In this document: in pieces, positions 1 to 12,110 of the stretch
How the letters are laid out: each line of letters begins with the position of its first letter
Position numbering within the stretch: the stretch's first letter is position 1
Assembly: GCA_036172245.1 (NCBI GenBank)
Contig: JAYWIR010000015.1
Coordinates: forward strand, 3,658,001-3,722,000
Direction of reading: 5' to 3'
Length of the DNA: 64,000 nt
Source of the DNA: Raillietiella orientalis
Taxonomy: Eukaryota
Translations under genes and position numbers: made by a program
Notes under the pieces: generated by a model
What the model was told of the DNA's origin: nothing
Database searches by the model: none
The model's input: only the letters and a program-made list of their open reading frames with translations

Positions 1-689
1 GGAAGCACTTCTTTCAGGACTCTCCCGACCTCTCCTGGAAAGCTGCAGCGGGAACGTTTGCGCGGTATACTGACGTCCTGCCAATGCGTCCTTCGCTCCT
101 TCTCCCCAGCCCATAGGACGCAGGCGCGAGTGTCGGAGCGCGCACTTTCGCGACGGGCATGCCTTCAGAGAGCCGTCCGCGAGGACGGCGCGGGACTCCG
201 CCGCCGCGGGCGCACTTTAGAGGAGCCCTGCACCTCCATTGGGGCACTCCGCGGGAGGAATCGGCGGTCACGAATCTTCCGACCGTGACCAGACGGGACT
301 CCTGTAACGAAAGGACTTCTGGACTCACTGGAAGAAAGGGGAGAGAGAGGAGAGGAGGTAGGAAGCAAGCAACCGAGAGAGGAGTGGCTCCCTGCTTCCT
401 TCTGATGCGCTGAGGCACTTCTCAGCTCTCCTGGGCATGGGAAGCGGAAAGCAGGACGATTCCTCTTCCTCCATCTCCTGTTCACGGCTTATTTCAGAGG
501 GGAAAGGGGAGACGGAGGGAGCTGAGTGTGGCCTCCTGCTCCGTGCTGGTCGGACTGCGCAACTGAAGCGCAGGTTCGGAGATCTTCCTTAGACGAATGC
601 CGCTCTTCCCAGTCCTCTTCCATCCCTCTTCCGCCCCATCTCCTCCCCCCCTTCTTTTCGAACCACGGTGGCTGCTTCGGGCGCGCTCG

Positions 690-3300
690 CCTTCAAGTGG
701 TCGCTCCCTCCGTGCATGAATCTCTCAGCTTCTTTTCATCCAGACTCTGCCGCATTCACCCGAGACTCTTCCTTCCCCTCCCTCCTGTTTTCTTCCCTCT
801 CTTCCAGAATGCCATTTTTTTTTGGCACTTCGGAAGAGGGCGTCTGGATGGAAAGAAGCCAGGAGATGAGAGGAGGCTGGAAGCGACGGATCTTGAAGGA
901 ATTTTTCCCTCTTCGGCCGGACCTGGTGGCGCTTCGTGGCCTCCTGTCGAAAATCGCAAGATGATCTTGCCCGGATCCTGTTTCCATGTGAACTCATCCG
1001 GAACTCTTGCAGTGCCGAAACAGCATCGCATGCATCTCGGGGATCATCTCGCAAAGACATCGGAGTGAATCGGGTGGAAATGATGGCAGCCGCGCACCTT
1101 ACACGGAACCGGAAACTGCGTTGGAGCGGGCCAGTCAGGGAAGGAGAGATGCCAGAGGGTGGTGGTGAAGTACCGCGGACGCGAAGAAGCGCGCCAACTG
1201 TGGTTTCGCAGTCTGTTTCAGCTTTCGCCAACTGACCAGAGAAGAGTGACCTCTGGACTGTCCCAGAAAGGGTAGGATCGCTGGCTGCACAAAGAAGGAA
1301 GACAAGTTGTCCTGGATTAGCAGATGAAGGATGGAGGGATCAGTCGTAGAAAAAAGGTAAATTCAGGTTGTTCGCTGGGTCGGTGTCAGTCCCTGGCATC
1401 TCTCCTGGAGTCATCTTCAGATGCTGTACTGCAACAGCACCATCGACTCAAGCAAATTCCGAAGTGGAAGCTGCAAGAGTGCTGCTATGCCCCCAGAAAT
1501 TCCCGGAAGAGAAGCAGCATAACTTCGAAACCGTGGCATACGAAGCAGAAGTTGCAGATCGAAGTTCGGCCTCCATGGACGACATCAGTAAAGGAAGGAA
1601 GGAGATAAAACTCCGACGACGTGACCCCCTTGTTTCTGAAATGTAAGGGGAGGAGTCCCAGCGAAAAAGGAACTTAAGAGGAAGAGGGTTCCGAAATGTA
1701 GTCTCATGAACAAGTCTCGGATGAACAAGCCAGGCTCCGGGCTTGGTTAGGTTCCCCATGGAAGAAGGACACTCCCTCATTTCGGGATTCGGTCGCGTTT
1801 TAATTTCGATAAGACTCCCGGGGGAGCACGCTTCTGTGCTATGGTGATGGAATTGAGGACGCCTCCTAGGGTAGAGAGTCTCCACGGAAAGCGGTTTTGT
1901 TTGCCCGGGAAACTCTGGCATCATCTTCCGCTAGGCTGGCGGCTCCTCTCTGCTCAAACTCCCTGCGGCACGAAGACCGTCGAGTGGACAAAGGCAATCC
2001 GCCACGGGATGGCCAGGGAAGAGTGCGATCCGGTTCCAGAGGAAGGGGGGGGGGGAGTCGTGCGATGCAAGCGCGATCTGCTCCCTGAGCAGGCACGCCC
2101 CTACGGTCTCAGGGTCATGTGCTCCCGGCAATCCAGACGGCGTGAAGTCGATGTAGAGGCCCTCGGCGAAGAGAGCGTTGTAGGGATGTTGGATTGAAGA
2201 CTCAAGACTTGCCTCGGCTTCCAGTTCGGGTTCCTTCGCCTCTGGCATAAAGAAAACGAGCACAGCCGTGGCGCCAATCTCCGAACTTCGTGAAGTGGTG
2301 ATTCAGCGAACCTGCGGCAAACGGAGGCTGTGAAGGCGGGAGTGAGAAGGGGGTAGAGTTCGAGGATGTCTCGGAACTCAGCTGATGGAGGAAGAACCAG
2401 CAAGCCAAGAAGGAAGGGCTGGATGCCCTTAGAGTGTCGAGCGCAGCTTCTGCAGCAGCACTCATGGAATCCTCGCCAACATTTGACGTCTCCTCTGCTC
2501 GGACCTCTTGGCCGGGAGGCGCAAGTTGGAGGGTCCCATGAGAGACTTCAGTCAGGCGCCCAGTGTGCCTTCATTTGCCTTCGAACCTTTCTGCGAAGCA
2601 GCTACACTCCGGGACCTTGGAGCCAGAGCCTCGAAGTGCAGCTCAGATTGATTGTTCCAGTTCTGAAGACTCCTGTCCAGAGATGAATTTCTTCTCAGGC
2701 AGCGAAATTGGGCTCTGAAGTTCCATCCTTCGAAGTAAAACCGAAGACATTGCTGAACTCGAAAGGTCAGCAACCATGCACGCAAGGTGGTCACGTGAGC
2801 CATCCAAAGGACGATCCCGCGTCGGAGGCTTTGTGGTTAAGGGTTTTGCGCGTGGCACCATGCGTCGCGGGTTCGAATACTTCGGTAAAAACTGACGCCA
2901 CTGCGCCGTTTGGGTTCCGAGTTTCTCCTGCAAGATGGCCCTGGTTGGCCTACAAACATTCGGGCGCGGCACCGGTAGTGGTTAAAACCAGAGGCCTACG
3001 ATTAAGGCCAGAACAATGGGAGTCGACCTTCGGGCCCTCCCAGGAATCAAGGAGTGGGGGATTCCCCCTCCAGGCGTGCAATGGAGAGCGGATCCCCCAC
3101 ACCGGGGGAGAACCCTCCGGTTTCAAGATGGAGAAAGAGCCTTCACAGGCACCTCTCCAGTTATTTAAAGAAGCGGACCACCCTCCGTTGCGGGGGGGAC
3201 CCTTCGAGCCGCCACCTCTTCAGAAGAGTGCAAGGAAGCAAGCGAGAGCGATCCTCTTGCGGGAAGCTGCAGCGCCCCTTCTGAGTTTCGGAAGCGTCCC
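690..3300 (+). mobile_element. Degenerate DIRS-like retrotransposon fragments (RT/RNase H/tyrosine recombinase)
   Basis: Decayed motifs: GVNRVEMMAA (cf. HINxLELxA, RNase H, ~1065), LLCPQKF (cf. LCPVRAL, YR, ~1480), QVGGS (cf. VGGRL, ~2520), APFGFRVSP (cf. LPFGLxxAP, RT, ~2905), LRGGPFEP (cf. LxxPPFEPL, YR, ~3190). Broken frames; boundaries approximate. Confidence 0.5.
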
Positions 3301-3665
3301 TTCGGGGTTCTCTTCAGTGGAGTGAACAGGAGCGGTTCCCTTGAGGGCTCCCTCCGGAGAAGAAATTCCTACTAGAGGATCCTATCCGGGTTCCCTTCGG
3401 AGAAGATGAAATGCAGAGGACTACCCCCTTTCGGGGGTCCCTCCGAAGAGAATGAGGAAGGGAGATTCCCTTCTGGGTCCTCCTTCGGAGACAACCAGGG
3501 TGGGAGGTTCCATCTCCCTCCCCAAGCGTGAGAGGAACGGACTCTGAGCCTTCCTGGATTCATAGAGCTCACCCCCTTCTGGGGTGCCCTCTATCTTAAA
3601 GAATACCACGCACCCTCCGCAGTTGGCGTGGAACAGTCTTAAAGAACCACGTGCGCCGCGAGGCA
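3285..3665 (+). repeat. ~380-bp repeat unit, copy 1, containing about five ~43-bp subrepeats (CCCTT..GGGTTCCCTYCGGAGAAGA-like)
   Basis: Aligns by eye with 4370-4725 (shared ttcggaa.cgtcccttcgggg, ggttcccttcggagaaga, ttcggagacaaccaggg, gaggaacggactc, ggggtgc). Confidence 0.85.
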
Positions 3666-3699
3666 CACGAGGTACTTAGCGAACCAAAAAAAAGAAAAC

Positions 3700-5400
3700 C
3701 TGAAAAAGAACGAGCCTCATCCACAAGTGATCTCCTCTGACTTTTATTAAGGGTCATTTTCGATGAGCTCATCGACCCAGCTCTCTCCGGGTTTCCTTGT
3801 GTACCACTTACTTTCAACCCAGCACCTATGCTGCTCTTTTCTTTAGCGAGAAACAAAAAGATCCTCAGAGACAGTACGAGTTGTAGGACCCCTTGATCTC
3901 AGAGGCTCTTGGACGACAGCGGGAAACTTGAGGAAGGACATAAAACTGAAACTCTTCCTCCCCCAAAATGTGTTCGCGCTGGAGGTCGCGTGCCTGCGGT
4001 ACCAGGTGCTCTCCGCGCGTGGCACAAAGCGTTGTGGATTCCAGTCCTCACGTGGAGGATCGGCACTAGAGAAATGGGCGAGTTGTGGGTTCGAGATCAC
4101 CCCTCAAGAGAACGCTGGTTGGTCTGTATTTGGGTGCGACACTCGTGGAAGCCGGAAATCGGATGCCCTCGATGAGTGGACGGGATTGAGAGTTGACCCT
4201 CTGGGGTCCTTCCAGGAATCCAGGGACTGTTCTCCTCCGGTTGTGCAAACGGAGCCGTCTCCCCCTGAGGGATAGGGGAGGCTCCATCTCGTGCCATGGA
4301 GCCGATGTATCGATACCTTTCCAGTGTCAAGAAGCTCGCTGCTCCATTAGGGAGCGACCCTTCAGAGAAAATTCGGAAACGTCCCTTCGGGGTCTCTTCA
4401 GGGGAGTAACAAAGAGAGGTTCTCTTTTTCCCTCAAGGGAAATAAAGGAATTCCAGGAGAAGATCCTCTCTCGGTTCCCTTCGGAGAAGAAAGAATGGAG
4501 CGGCCCCCTCCAGGGTGTTCCTCCGGAGAGAATAAGGAAAAGGTTTCCTTCATGGTTCCCTTCGGAGACAACCAGGGAGGGTTCCCTCCCAAACGCCCAA
4601 ACGCAAGAGGAACGGACTCCTTACTCGATTCACACGATGGTCCCATTCCGGGGTGCTCCCTATAACTTGAAGAGTCGTACACACTCTAGGGTGGTGTGGT
4701 CGGTTTCAAAGAGCTTCGTGTGAGTTCCCCCTAAGGAGACAAGAGATTCTTCAGTACTCAGCTGATCAAAAAAAACGTGTTGTAGAACATGTTAAGTTGC
4801 TTGCGTGGTCATTTCAGACATCGTCCTGGGTTGCGCTGACTAGGGGAGATGCTCAGAAGACCTCTGTCTCTAAAGGAGACGATGACCCAGGGGTTTTCTT
4901 TCGGCTTCGAATTCTCACTCTTGCTGTTTAAGGTAGCTACCCCTGGGATCTGAACCACATCTTCCAGCAGCTCACTATTTGCATTGCTACTCCAGCCAGA
5001 GTCTCCGGCAATAGAAAGCAGCGGCCTGGTCCCTTCACCATTCCTCCTGCTCTCAGCATTCGGGACCTGACCGGCCGAGCGACGAGGCGCCTCCGGGTTT
5101 CCAAGTTGCGCTCCACGAGAGCGATTCAGCAGCTACCAATCCCACCCACTGGCTTTCAGCTCTCTGAACAAAACTTTGATCATCTTCCGTGTTGAAAGAT
5201 CTTGGACCTCCGAAGTTTGTGGCGGACGCGGAGCTCCAAGTTTGCCTGATTGCTCCTTACGAGGCAGTGCCGTCTGGGGGCTATTCACCAGCAATTGCAA
5301 TTGCAACCGGGGTCCACGATCTCCACTCGAGAGAACGGATGCATTGTTCAGAAGCTCGAAAAATATGCAAAGCAAGGAGGAGCGCATGCTTTAAGAGCCG
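3700..5400 (+). mobile_element. Degenerate DIRS-like element: RT/RNase H relic (3700-4330) and tyrosine recombinase relic (4930-5400)
   Basis: NVFALEVACL...EKWASCGFEI...CDTRGSR...DEW (cf. INxLELxA...W....I....ADxLSR...EW); YPWDLNHIFQQL...IATPARVS at ~4938-5010 (cf. PxWDLxxVLxxL...AxxRVSE of the DIRS YR); KICKA at ~5360. Confidence 0.6.
4370..4725 (+). repeat. ~380-bp repeat unit, copy 2 (diverged direct repeat of 3285-3665)
   Basis: Same motif blocks in the same order, offset about 1085 bp. Confidence 0.85.
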
Positions 5401-6099
5401 GTGGGGGGGGGAAGCTCCTCATTTGACGAGAGAATCCATTGAGGTGTGCTGTCCCACCCACATCTCAAAGATAGAACGACCCCTGTCTTAAAGGTGCGAT
5501 CATCTCGTCGCCCTCCAAGAAACTTGCGGTGACTCTTTCTTTCTGTGTCTGCAGCATGGATCTTTAGGCAGATTCGGCATCCAGAGCGGATCCGGGAATC
5601 GTGGAAGGGAAAGACGCTTGTTAGGGGGTACCGCAAAAGACTTCCAGGAGTCCTCCGTGTCTCTTTTGCTGCTGAATTCTCGAGTGGCTCCTTGCGTTCC
5701 GTCCGGAATCTGTTGATCTGGATCAAACCATCTGGGAGGCTTCTCGAATGCATGCAAGTAGCGCGTTTTTTAACGCGGAAACGCCGGAGCGCTTCCCGAA
5801 GGAAAAAAAAAACAATAAAAAAAGGAAGCGGTTTTCTCTAACACGTCCATGCAGGGAAGCGTCCACTCGGAGGGAGAGTTGTCACACAAAACGGAAAGGG
5901 TCATAAATAAATAAACACAAAAAGGAACATGATTAAATGGTCATTAGGGAAATACCAGAAGAAGGAGGGGATGGATCAGATATTCCAAGCTCAGCCCTTC
6001 AACTCCTGACGAGGACGGCGCCTTCTGGAAACTGGCCACTCCGTTTCCGGACGCAAGACGGCGCTTTCGGTCTCCTCTTGAAGGAGACCGAAAAATCTT

Positions 6100-6620
6100 T
6101 GCCTTTGGCTGTGCAGTGAAGACAATTGATGACTACCTGCACCATGGAAGCCGCCAGAAGTTCACGGCTTCCCCTGCTTGGTGGTCTTCTTGCCCCAGGT
6201 GTGCTACCACGTGCCAGGAATGCAGGGAAACATTCCCATCACCACGGACGTGGAGGGAGTCTTACCTGTCTGTTGGGTGCAGGAGGGCTGCAGATTTCCT
6301 CTCCTCCCATCTCAACAAGAGGGAACTACGCTCTCCAGAGAGACACGTGGGATTGTTTCGATCCAGTCCCACGGAGGGCAGCTCCCACAAGTCCACTGAT
6401 GGGATTGCTAGTCGCGTGGGGATGGGAACAGACCAAACAGCATATTCCTGTTCTGGAACTCAGGGAATGAAGCTGTCCACGCAGCTTTGCAGAGCCATTG
6501 CCCCGCATGAGGAGATCAAAAGCTCTGCCCGGCGCACCAGTCTTGCGTTCGGACAAGAGTGGCCGCATCCGATATATGCCCTGCTGCTCATCCGCCTAGG
6601 AGTCTGGAAGACCACGTAGT
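6100..6620 (+). mobile_element. DIRS-like RNase H relic
   Basis: WGWEQTKQHIPVLELR (cf. W.....HINVLELRA) followed by AFGQEWPHPIYA (cf. DAF...W....YAFPP). Confidence 0.6.
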
Positions 6621-7479
6621 CCTCCAGGAGATCTGAAGCTTTTCTTCAAGTCAACGCTATGGTCAAAGGTTTGATGGATGCGTGGTACTATTTCCTCGGA
6701 TCCTGCATCACTGAGGAGAAATCGCCCTAGGCGAAGAAGGAAACGAAACTCTTCTGGAGTAAGTCTTCCAGTCGATTCCCGATATTCACGGCTTGCTAAA
6801 GCCATGCGCTGTAATTGTGGGACAGACTCAGCAGCGTTGCTGTTCCTCAGAATGGCGCCGAAATCATGGATGAACCCTTCGAGGGTTCACCCAGGAAGAC
6901 GAAACGAAGGAGTAATACTGGGATCCATTTCTCCTCTCCTTCTGTTTTCCCCACAGCACTTCAAGCGGGAAGAGACGGTGAGACATCCGGATGACGAGAA
7001 GCAGGTCGTTGCTGCTGGAGATGACGGAGCCTCCAGCGTTCCTGGAGGTCTCAGGAAGCCTGAAGTGAAAAGGGGAACCCGTTCTGCTGAAGACCGTGGA
7101 AAGGCGTTCTCACCAGCCATCCGCAGATCTCCATCTTTCGTACCAGGGGAGGCGATTTGTTACCGGTAGTTGTGGGAAGTGCCCTAGCATAGAGTCCGCA
7201 CAAGGCCTTCAGTCTTGACCCTCCTTTGGAGTCTGGACGCTGCTTTCCTTGTATGTGTGTGTGTGGGGGGGGGAGACTGTCCGCGATAGGAGAGCTGGAA
7301 GTGCGCTTTCCCGACTTCACCCCTCCCGGTCTATGGCCTCCACTAGGACCTTCATGGTGAAGCGAGAACCACCTTCGAAGATCCAAGAAGCCTCTGTTGG
7401 TTCCAGCTTTTCGAGGCCAGCCCGATTTGGTCCCTCCATGAAGGTATCCTCCTCCGCCTGCCTGAGTTTCTTTCGTTCC

Positions 7480-7900
7480 TTCTTGAAGGGGTGAGAGAAG
7501 CGGGAGGGTGGATAGCTTCCATCTGATGTCTCGCTCATTACTCTTAGAGTGATGCACGTGCAACATGTGGCGCCTCCGATCTCTACAGAAACGCTGATAC
7601 CGGAAATAACTCCTCTCTCCCTTGATGGTTCTTCCTAAAACTTCTGTCGCCCTGAGAGACCCCGACTCCAGCGCGTGTTTCTTTTGCAGAGTGAGTTGAC
7701 TTAGCAGTGGGAACCGCGTGTCATGGGGAATGCATCCGACTCTTCTCCGGCTCGGCTCCGGAGGCAGGAACGCCAGCTTCTGGACATGAAGGGTGGTCAT
7801 CCCCTCTCAGAAGGGGGGACAGGCAAGGAGGGGCGCGCGAGCGTTTTCAAGGTGGGACTCCTAATGGATGAGCAAGCGACAGCCGATTTTGCTCCCCAAG
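7480..7900 (-). mobile_element. DIRS-like tyrosine recombinase relic
   Basis: LARPSLPVPP...PPF...QKLAFLPPEPSRRRVG (cf. RP....P.W...PPF...KxxFLLALASARRVxE). Confidence 0.45.
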
Positions 7901-8989
7901 AGCTCGGAGATCTGGAGAGCGCACGGCCATGCTCGCACTCAAGGGAGCCCGGAACTTCCTCTTCGTGCCGGCGCCCTGGGGGAAACCGAACGCTTTTCTG
8001 GAGATGGGAAAAAGGACGGGCGACCCGGTGCTCCCTTTCCTCTCTCTTCCCTCGCGGCGAAGGAAAAACGGAGAGAGACCGGAAAGAGGAAAGGAGGAGG
8101 AACATCAATATCTTCATCATCAAATTCATCCTCTTCGTCATCAAAACCGTCATCTTCTGCGTACCTCTTGTGATCCCTCCACTCTACCCCTTTAGTCAAG
8201 CGACCCTGCGCTGCACAGCATACTCCAGGTGGTTGTCGACCTGTCCCGAAGATGTTCATCTCTGGTCCCAGATCGTTAGCTCGGATTGTGTTCTTGCATC
8301 CCTTTTTTTTTTCTCGAGGAAGGGGGGGAAAGGGGTCCCCTTCTCGTGCCAAGCGAATCTCTCCTGAAGCTCTACCTTCTCCTGGGGAGCATCTGATCCC
8401 TGCTGGCATCCCTCAGGAATCTCGCGTTCCTCCTGGAGAAGCAAGCGCTCCCTCTTCTTCTTGGCAAAGATCCAGGAGAATTCCCGGAGGAGAATTCCCA
8501 GCAGCGTCCCTCCTCTCGGTCTCCTCCCAGCCGTCGACCTCTTAGTCCAGGAAACGGAGGAGGTACCTGGAAAGTTCGTCGCTGGTCCAGGAAGCCGCTC
8601 GCGTTCCTTCGGGACAATTGAAAGAGGGAGAGAAGGGAAGGGGGAGGAGAAAAGGTCAGCGGGAGCGCGCTCGGACTTCCAAATCGCGGCAGAGGAAAAG
8701 GGGAACTCACAACCCCTCGCTCATGGGAAGGGGCGGGTACCGCCTCCACAGTCGCGCTTCGTGCGAACTTCAAGCGTCGTCCTGCTTCTCACCCGGGTGC
8801 GCCGGGGAGTTTATTACTAAACTATCCGGGAAACATGTTCCCGGACAAAGGTACAGAAAGACGAAGGGAGGGAATCCCGACACGCAGGTCGGTAAATCCG
8901 AAAGTCCGGAACTCAAAGGGAAGGGGCCATCAATAAATATATATAAAAAAATATGTGGAGAGATTGGGACAGGGGTCTTAGGTATCGGC

Positions 8990-11900
8990 CGTTCCATCCT
9001 TTTAGAACCGGCGTTAAATGCCAGAGATCTCCTTCCTGACGTCTTGTGGAAGAAGAGGCCACATGGCAGCCGACGTCATGTTGTCGTCGGCTATTCCGGT
9101 GGCCTCTCGAAGAATCGCCTGCGACTCCAGCTGTCGGTGGGCCTTGTCGATGGCGCGGATGCAGCATACCGTTGCGACAAATGCACCTAACGAGAGGACT
9201 CCTGACGTGAAGAAGCGGCGCATTAATGTCCTTGCAGTGTCCCCCTGTAGCTGAAGAGCTGAAGCCAGCCTCCGCCACAGTCCTTAAAGGACACCGCAGT
9301 CGAAAAGCAGATGCGGGAGTGTTTCTGCTGCTCCACACCATTTACAGTTCGAGGAGGCAACTCCCCGGAAAAAATGTTCGCGCGCTGGTTGCAATGGAAG
9401 CCCCAATGCACCAGCATGATGACGTCCTGTTTCCACGGAAGGGGGAACACAGAAGTGTCCAGGCACGAGGGAGAGACCACAAGTTCTTCGGGGAGCACAC
9501 TCAAGAGCTCGCTCCACCGAATGAGTCCCTTTGGAATGTTGCGAGGCGTGGTGGCGTCTGCCATCTCGCTAGTCTTCCAGCCGCCCATGGGTCGTGTTGC
9601 TCCTGCGACCGTGCAGGCGGCCTCCCAGAAGCGTCGTCCTGCTGTGATGGTGACGAACCGCCGTCCCGTCCTTCCCTCCCCCTCATTTCCCACTTTTCTC
9701 CGGAGGAGCGAAGTGTCCTGCTGCGATAGGCTCGGGAAGGCTGCGAGTAGTCGCAGCCCTTTCACAGTGGATCAATTGGAGACATTCTCTTCATCCATCT
9801 TGAGGGGCACTAGTCCACGGGCTTCCTTCCTCGCTCTTCCTGTTTCCGCCCAGCATCTGCAGCTCGGAGAACCACCAGGGACTTCTGGTGTACAAGCAAG
9901 GAGGGAGGTGGTGTGATTCCTCCTATTGCTGGTAGCACCTATTAGGAGCGCCCACCACGGAGCGCCCCTCGTGGAGGACGTGTGCAGGGGTAGTGGAGTA
10001 AAGATCCTCGAAGGCACGCATCCAGGATGCACTGCACTTCGACCCTCTTCCTCCTGGAAAGGGACGGCTGCAAGCGTCTTCTTGGATGGACGTGCGGTCC
10101 GCATCAAGAGCCTTCCTGACACGAAGGATGCGCTCACTTCCTGCAAAGGCGCGCCGAGAGTCGAGCAGTTCAGGAGGAGTTGGACATCACAGCAGCCTCG
10201 AAGTGGTCCAGAGAGAGAGGGCGATCCACTGCCTGCCACCCGCCTCTCCGAAAGAGCACTCGAAAGAGGACGCCAGCGTTTGCCATCGGCGCGCGCCAAA
10301 TCGTCAAGCGGCTTCCTGCTGAAGCGGATGTCTCCCATTTATACCTGGTAACAGTGGATGGCGTGGGCGGCGCGAGGGGAGTGAGTCGCCCGCGAGCTCC
10401 GAACGGTGCGCGCAGATCGGTCCCTACTCATCGTCTCCCAGGAGGCACATTCCTCCTCTTTCAGAAGGGGTGAGCGATCATCCGCTTCCTCAGCTGCTGT
10501 AGCTTCCGTTCGGCCTTCCCTCAGAAACGCCGGGGGTAGCAAGGTAGGAAAGGTGAAGCAATGCGTTTTCAAGCTGGTCGACTTCGAGATCAAGCGACGA
10601 GGTCACGATAGTAGCGTTGTGCTGGATCCCTACACCGTGGAGAACGTCAAGCCGTTTCTCCCAGGGAAGGAGACCGTCCTCGTCGGCAGCACGCCGAACT
10701 AGGTGACTCCACGCAAGGCCGCTTCCTCCCTTTCGCGATGGTCAGGTGTCCTTCATCTGGTCTTCCTGCACTGCCACCTCGGCAAGCCGCGGGAAACTCT
10801 CGCAGAAGGTTAGCCTCCTCGCGCCCTCAGGAGAATAAAGTAGACACTAAAGGAGCTGCTGAGGAATGCAGACGAGGAGGTGGAGCTGAAGGAGTACCAA
10901 GAAGCTGAGGAACTGTCGAGGAGAGGTCTTTTCCGTCTTTGGCAGTAGAGGAAGGAAGAGAGGACTCTTCTCTCCTGGTTTCCATGAAGTGGGATGGCCT
11001 TGCTCTCTCCTCGAGCGTCAGCAAGATAAGGAAGCTGTGCGGAGATAGAGGATCAAATTTCCCAAGGATGATGCTGTTCCCAGAAACGGGATACGGAGGC
11101 GAAACCCCATACTCGGTTCCAAGCTCCGGGGCTGCCGTGCAGCACGATGCTCCCGGGAACCAATTCCCCCGAGCGCGAAGTCTGCATGAATGCTTTAAAG
11201 GTGAGCAAAGGGCAGCTCTTGGAATAGGAGAATTTCCTCTACCCAGCTCCCGGGAATGGAAAGTTTCTCCCGGAGACTGCAAGAGTCATCCTTGGCTACT
11301 CCTGCTTTTCCGCTTTACGCTCACTGTGTCTTTCCCAAACTCTGGGTAACTGATCATGGGGCCTCCTGCAGCCTTCCCGTCCGAGAGCTCCATCTTTCTC
11401 CTCCGATGCAGGAGGGCGGCCACGAAGAGGCATCGCGCTCTCTCCAGGCACCTCTGAGCAGGAAGAGGAGAAGGAGGAGGAAAAGCAGAACCCCTTCCGA
11501 AGGCAGTCTCTTCCTTAGACGCCTTCCTTGTTCCCGGGAACTAGGGAGAATCCGTCCCCGAGAAAAAAATCTCAGGTTCTCGAAGAAAAATCCAGGAGGC
11601 TGCTGCTGCTGTTGGTTGTCTGCGGCGAAGAAGCGCTCAGGGCCAGCAGGCTGCACTCCTCCTCCTCCTTCTCTTCTTTCCTGCCCGTCTTCCTTGGCCT
11701 CCTTCGTCTTTCACTCTGCCCCATGAGTGCCCCGGGAGCACAGCCAGGGCGTGACTGCTTCGCTCTTCTGAGGGGAGTAAGCGGGAGGGAGGCGTTTCCT
11801 TTCATGGGATGATTCCTGCAATGGGGGGATGCGAGGGAGAGGCAGGATCCCCTCTCAAGCGTGAAGCGTGGGCTGCCATTCGCCCTCCGCTTCTCTTTTT

Positions 11901-12110
11901 CTTCCCTTCCCCTCCCTAAATAGGAGGACTTCTTCCAGCGGAGCAGCTTGATCTTGCGCGTCTGATCCCGTACGCTGTGCAGCACCTTGCTGAAGCAGCG
12001 CCTCTCTCCCCGCGCATCTTCCCGGGGCTTCTATTGCCAGGTCAAGTTCAACGACGAGGGACCCTGATGGTAGTGATGCTGCTAATGCGACACCGCTCTT
12101 TGGCTTTCCC
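8990..12110 (-). mobile_element. Degenerate L1/Tx1-like non-LTR retrotransposon ORF2 relic
   Basis: In correct order: endonuclease-like GVAL...GSLVVEL...IEAP...REALL (~12110-11980), RT-like FPGR / VDQLENA (~10700-10560), RWRPLSSALSERR and KKTLAAVPFQEEEG (~10280-10040), and a clear zinc knuckle CKWCGAAETLPHLLFDC (~9295-9345). Frameshifted; 10830-11900 is probably unrelated inserted DNA. Confidence 0.7.

Noticed and set aside
3298..3500. Repeat-spacer-like periodicity suggesting a CRISPR array
   Set aside because: The units are degenerate, the variable parts are short and similar to each other, there are no cas genes, and the context is eukaryotic. It is a minisatellite-like subrepeat.
10406..10702. 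Protein-like + strand ORF (…KQCVFKLVDFEIKRRG…)
   Set aside because: It is antisense to the RT part of the L1/Tx1 relic and is best explained as a shadow frame.
11924..12070. Apparent + strand exon after a strong pyrimidine tract
   Set aside because: The most coding-like + frame has an in-frame TGA and no partner exons. The - strand matches L1/Tx1 endonuclease motifs collinear with the LINE relic.
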